Below are positions 59,107-64,000 of a stretch of 64,000 nt of DNA, piece after piece. A model generated the notes under the pieces. It was not told the origin of the DNA and made no database searches. It worked only from the letters and a program-made list of their open reading frames with translations. Origin of the DNA: Lytechinus pictus (Eukaryota). The translations under genes and the position numbers were made by a program. The first letter of the stretch is position 1, and each line of letters begins with the position of its first letter. The stretch is taken from assembly GCF_037042905.1 (NCBI RefSeq), contig NC_087247.1, forward strand, positions 27,838,001-27,902,000, given 5' to 3'.

Positions 59107-61438
59107 CAGTGCGTATCAATAAAAACTGGACAGTTTTGAAAAGTCTATCAAAAATTCTTTTCAAATTATGATGTCTATATTTTGATGTTTATGGATGCTC
59201 TGAAACCTTATATTTTAAATGCAATTTTAAGAAATAAATTTTGTTCATGCTTGAACGAACACGAGATTTGTCAAGGGTTCAAAAATAGGTTTGTGCAGAA
59301 ATGAGAGGAAACAAAATATATGGTCATTAGACTTCCTGCTAAGCAGTAAACTTCCTCTTAACATTTTCATTAGTTTTGCCATTGTTTTTAAAATTATGTT
59401 TCAAAATTCACTCACAAACTTATTTAGTTACTTTAAAAAAAAAGTTATTTTTTAGGATTGCATATTTAATAATTGATAAAAGTCAACCCAAGAAATGCCT
59501 AATTGCATTTTTTTTTGGCCTCAATTAGAGGATTTTATTTACAACAAAACAACATAACACATTATGAAAATGAGCATACATGACATTACAGGAAATTTCA
59601 GAAATTAAAACAAAAATTTACATAATAATGTAATTGTGCAATAATCTTACGTAATCTTTAACATAAATTAAAAAAAACATTAAATGGAAACATGAAATTC
59701 ACAGTGTTTCAAATATATTCCATAATCTCTTTGGGTAGATGAACATATCTTTTCCTGTACCGAGGTTTCATTTCTATTCTTCTTTCTATTTCTCTTAAAA
59801 ATATGAATTTCAGATCCAGTTTAATTTGACCAGTAAAATTATTACTGGTCCAGCAAAAATTGTACTGGCCCAGTTTAATTTGACCAGTAAAATTATTACT
59901 GGTCCAGCAAAAATTGTACTGGTCCAGTTTAATTTGACCAGTAAAATTATTACTGGTCCAGCAAAAATTGTACTGGTCCAGTTTAATTTGACCAGTAAAA
60001 TTATTACTGGTCCAGCAAAAATTGTGCTGGCCCAGTTTAATTTGACCAGTAAAATTATTACTGGTCCAGCAAAAATTGTACTGGTCCAGTTTAATTTGAC
60101 CAGTAAAATTATTACTGGTCCAGCAAAAATTGTACTGGTCCAGTATAATTTGACCAGTAAAATTACTGGTCCACCACAATTTGTACTGGTCCAGTTCAAT
60201 TGGACCAGTAAAATTATTACTGGTCCAGTTAGTTTGACCAGTATATTTGTTACTGGTCCAGTTAAAATTATACTGGTCCAGTTAAATTTGACCATCAAAA
60301 AATTACTGGTCCAGCTTATAGCAGACCAGTATATTTTGTTCCAATTTCCAGAGTTACCAATTAAATTTTACTGGTGTAACTGGTCCAGCCTTACTGGTTT
60401 TTCCTTCTGGGATTGCCTTTCTTTTCGTTTCCACTCATGTTTCTTAAAACGATGACTTTGTGAATGCACCAAAGTGCGATAGTCAGAAGTAAAACTAATT
60501 TTTCGTCTACTTCATGTTTAAACAAAATTTTAATGATTGATTTCTAAATCTTTATGAAATATTTGCTGGATTATTTTTTTCAAAAATTCAAAGAATGGTT
60601 TGTTCAAATCACAAGAAATGAAAGCGTGATGAATATCTTCCTCTACTTCACAACGAGAACAGATGTTATCATTTACCAAACCCCTAATTGTTAATTGTTA
60701 GTTGTTAATAGGGTGAATTTGCTGTACTTTATTCAAATCATTATAATTGTGTGTTAGATAGGATATTAAATTATCAATTCTAACAGAAAAGGATTTATCT
60801 GCTTGTTGCATAAAATAAAATGGTTTGAATTGATTACAAGCTCTCAAATTCCTAATTACAAATTGGGTCATTCTTGGTTGACAAAAAATGTTAGTATGAA
60901 AGAATATTCATTGCTAAAAAAATAATTTATTGAAATGAAAACGTAAAGTAAATATACAGCTTTGTACGTGACATTTGCGACCAAAATCTGAAAACTATGG
61001 CAAAAATAATCTGCTGATTGGCAAGAAGTCTTATAACCATACACTTCATTTCCTACCACTTAGCGCAATCCTATATTTGAACCCCCGACAAAACCATCTC
61101 GTGTGCACTCAAGCATGAACAAATTAAAAAAAAAAACATTTTGAATTTGATCGATAAGATTTCAGAGCATCTATGAACATCAAAATATAGACATCATAAT
61201 TCAAAAGGGTATTTTGATAGACGTTTCATAACTGTCCCGTTTTTTGCTGTAAACCAAGAGGCAGTTTTTACTTGCACGGTGCACATTCACTTTTAATGTA
61301 TATAAGTGAAATTTCAAATTACTTCACCATGGCACCTCGCACTGATACACAGAATGTTTTCATCCCGGGATAGCTTTGAAGCTGCTGAAAGGGATTATTC
61401 TTCAAGGTTCAAGGTTCAAGGTTTATTGATACGCACTG
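59107..61438. mobile_element. Non-autonomous Tc1/mariner-like element inserted in the satellite
   Basis: TA|CAGTGCGTATCAATAAA ... TTTATTGATACGCACTG|TA; longer IR (about 59120-59260 vs 61100-61246); flanks rejoin into one satellite monomer. Confidence 0.75.
59815..60400. repeat. 54-bp tandem minisatellite built on ACTGG(T/C)CCAG cores
   Basis: About 6-7 near-exact 54-bp units, then degenerate copies. Confidence 0.92.
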
Positions 61439-61444
61439 TAAAAT

Positions 61445-63275
61445 TGAATAAAAAGGGTCACCCCCTTCAAAAATACGATAGCTTTCTTCATTTATCAGGA
61501 ACTTTTTTTTTTACATACTCCTCAATATTCTTAAAACTGGAGTATATAGAAGTGTGGGCTACTAAAACTAAAGTACTAGCCCTTTCTTTTTGTTTACAAA
61601 TTGAGAGATATTAACCCCCCCCCCTCCACAAACCCAAAATATATTTCAGGAGCAATCTTCCAATTGTATTTTATAAAGAGGACTTTTAGTTCAAATTTAC
61701 TCCTCAATATATATAAAAACGTGGAATATATAGGAGTGTATATGAGTGTGGGCTACTAAATCGAAGGCACAAGCCCCTTGTTTTTCTTTACAAATTGAAA
61801 GAAGGGAAACCCCCCTCCACACACCCAAAATATATTTCAGGAGCAATCTTCCAATTGTATTTTATAAAGAGGACTTTTAGTTCAAATTTACTCCTCAATA
61901 TACGAAAAAACATAGAGTATATAGAGGTGTGGGCTACTAAAACTAAAGCACTAGCCCCTTGTTTTTCTTTACAAATTGAAAGAAGGGAAACCCCCCCTAC
62001 ACACACCCAAAATATATTTCAGGAGCAATCTTCCAATTGTATTTTATAAAGAGGACTTTTAGTTGAAATTTACTCCTCAATATATATAAAAACGAGGAAT
62101 ATATAGGAGTGTATATGAGTGTGGGCTACTAAATCGAAGGCACAAGCCCCTTGTTTTTCTTTACAAATTGAAAGAAGGGAAACCCCCCTCCACACACCCA
62201 AAATATATTTCAGGAGCAATCTTCCAATTGTATTTTATAAAGAGGACTTTTAGTTCAAATTTACTCCTCAATATACGAAAAAACATAGAGTATATAGAGG
62301 TGTGGGCTACTAAAACTAAAGCACTAGCCCCTTGTTTTTCTTTACAAATTGAAAGAAGGGAAACCCCCCCTACACACACCCAAAATATATTTCAGGAGCA
62401 ATCTTCCAATTGTATTTTATAAAGAGGACTTTTAGTTGAAATTTACTCCTCAATATACGAAAACACATAGAGTATATAGGGGTGTGGGCTACTAAAATTA
62501 AAGCACTAGCCAGTTGTTTTTCTTTACAAATTGAAAGAAGGGAAACCCCCCTACACACACCCAAAATAAATTTCAGGAGCAATCTTCCAATTGTATTTTA
62601 TAAAGAGGACTTTTAGTTGAAATTTACTCCTCAATATACGAAAAAACATAGAGTATATAGGGGTGTGGGCTACTAAAATTAAAGCACTAGCCCGTTGTTT
62701 TTCTTTACAAATCGAAAGAAGGGAAACCCCCCTACACACACCAAAAATATATTTCAGGAGCAATCTTCCAATTGTATTTTATAAAGAGGACTTTTAGTTG
62801 AATTTACTCCTCAATATACGAAAACACATAGAGTATATAGGGGTGTGGGCTACTAAAATTAAAGCACTAGCCAGTTGTTTTTCTTTACAAATTGAAAGAA
62901 GGGAAACCCCCCTACACACACCCAAAATAAATTTCAGGAGCAATCTTCCAATTGTATTTTATAAAGAGGACTTTTAGTTGAAATTTACTCCTCAATATAC
63001 GAAAACACATAGAGTATATAGGGGTGTGGGCTACTAAAATTAAAGCACTAGCCAGTTGTTTTTCTTTACAAATTGAAAGAAGGGAAACCCCCCTACACAC
63101 ACCCAAAATAAATTTCAGGAGCAATCTTCCAATTGTATTTTATAAAGAGGACTTTTAGTTGAAATTTACTCCTCAATATACGAAAACACATAGAGTATAT
63201 AGGGGTGTGGGCTACTAAAATTTAAGCACTAGCCCGTTGTTTTTCTTTACAAATTGAAAGAAGGGAAACCCCACC
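61445..63275 (-). repeat. 181-bp satellite array, right arm, inverted, about 10 monomers; degenerate copies also at about 58400-59100
   Basis: Reverse complement of the left array; includes a 373-bp dimer variant (61795 / 62168). Confidence 0.95.
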
Positions 63276-64000
63276 TGACCCCGTTTGTTTGATTTGTACA
63301 AGAATGCACGCTTCTCTTCCTGCGCAAAATCCTGTATCTGATCTATCTTACATCGCGATATTGTTGGCTGGAACTGTTGGCTGGCTTGCTGTTGGCTAGC
63401 TTATTGTTGGCTGACTCTACTCCGGCCGGTCGGTACGGTCGAAAGGCAGCCGGAACTCTCGCGCGGTAATTTAGTTGGCTCGATCGACTCTCTGGTGTGT
63501 TCACTAGCGCTAGCTTGCTGCTGCACAGAGATGGCGCTCTTTAACCTAAATTCCTGAACAGAACTTAGCGTCCGTCTCTTGGCAATAAACCGAATCCAGA
63601 TAATGAACTCATCGATCTGAATTTTTCAATTGACAGAGAAGAAATAGGTAATGTTTTATATGAATTTTCCAGAAACATTTTTTGTAAATGTTGGTTTCTC
63701 TTTTTACGTCTACAATAATTTAGAGTTTAGACTGCACTCATTGACTCAATTTGGATTTCAGCAATGCCAACGGTCCCATGTGTTGATAATTGTGTGTGCT
63801 GTGACTCAGTGTGAGTGTGATTAGCCAGGAGGCTCCTAAATTTGCTGAAACTAACGTATGCTTACTCTCCAACTCCAAGGAGCCAGGGATTGCGTCCCAT
63901 TCATGTGCATGTACCGCAAAAAAACTTAAACTTTCGCCCCCGAGATTTCTACTTTCTTTCTCAAAGATCTAGATCCAACGAATAACGTTGTCGTTGAAAC

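Larger units (their letters stand above)
53383..63426. mobile_element. Foldback-type (MULE-like) element, 10,044 bp, arms made of satellite arrays
   Basis: 9-bp direct repeat CGGTCGGTA (53374-53382, 63427-63435) in symmetric register with GCC..GGC ends; about 140-bp near-perfect IR (53397-53533 vs 63276-63412) continuing into inverted 181-bp arrays. Confidence 0.75.

Noticed and set aside
59709-60455. Repeat-protein ORFs of 156-209 aa
   Set aside because: Result of a 54-bp unit lacking stops; no splice or start context.
54153-63124. Repeated 70-aa ORFs (MLLKYILGVCRG...) on both strands
   Set aside because: They are translations of the 181-bp satellite with non-ATG starts and shift frame each unit.

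Overview
AT-rich, intron-rich animal genomic DNA; the repeat landscape looks like a marine invertebrate, possibly a sea urchin (inference only). A minus-strand host gene encodes an Armadillo-repeat + TIR protein (8 coding exons traced from ATG 51943 to 1018, continuing off the window). Its 38.6-kb intron (4759-43364) holds a complete 37.4-kb Kolobok DNA transposon (4964-42364; TTAA TSD, 15-bp TIRs). The element has two convergent spliced genes that both reconstruct as open frames: a 10-exon THAP-DDE transposase (877 aa, minus strand) and a 3-exon KolX / P2X7-ballast-like protein (256 aa, plus strand). One transposase intron carries a nested stack: a 20.3-kb TTA-flanked TIR element containing a 180-bp satellite and a 10-kb Academ-like element, which itself holds LINE relics, a SINE and a Kolobok-type MITE. 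Other host introns carry a Penelope-type palindrome with hammerhead-like cores, a solo LTR and many MITEs. Upstream lies a 10-kb Foldback/MULE-like element (53383-63426, 9-bp TSD) whose arms are inverted 181-bp satellite arrays, with a 2.5-kb palindromic Tc1 in its centre. All calls were made by eye; no searches were run.
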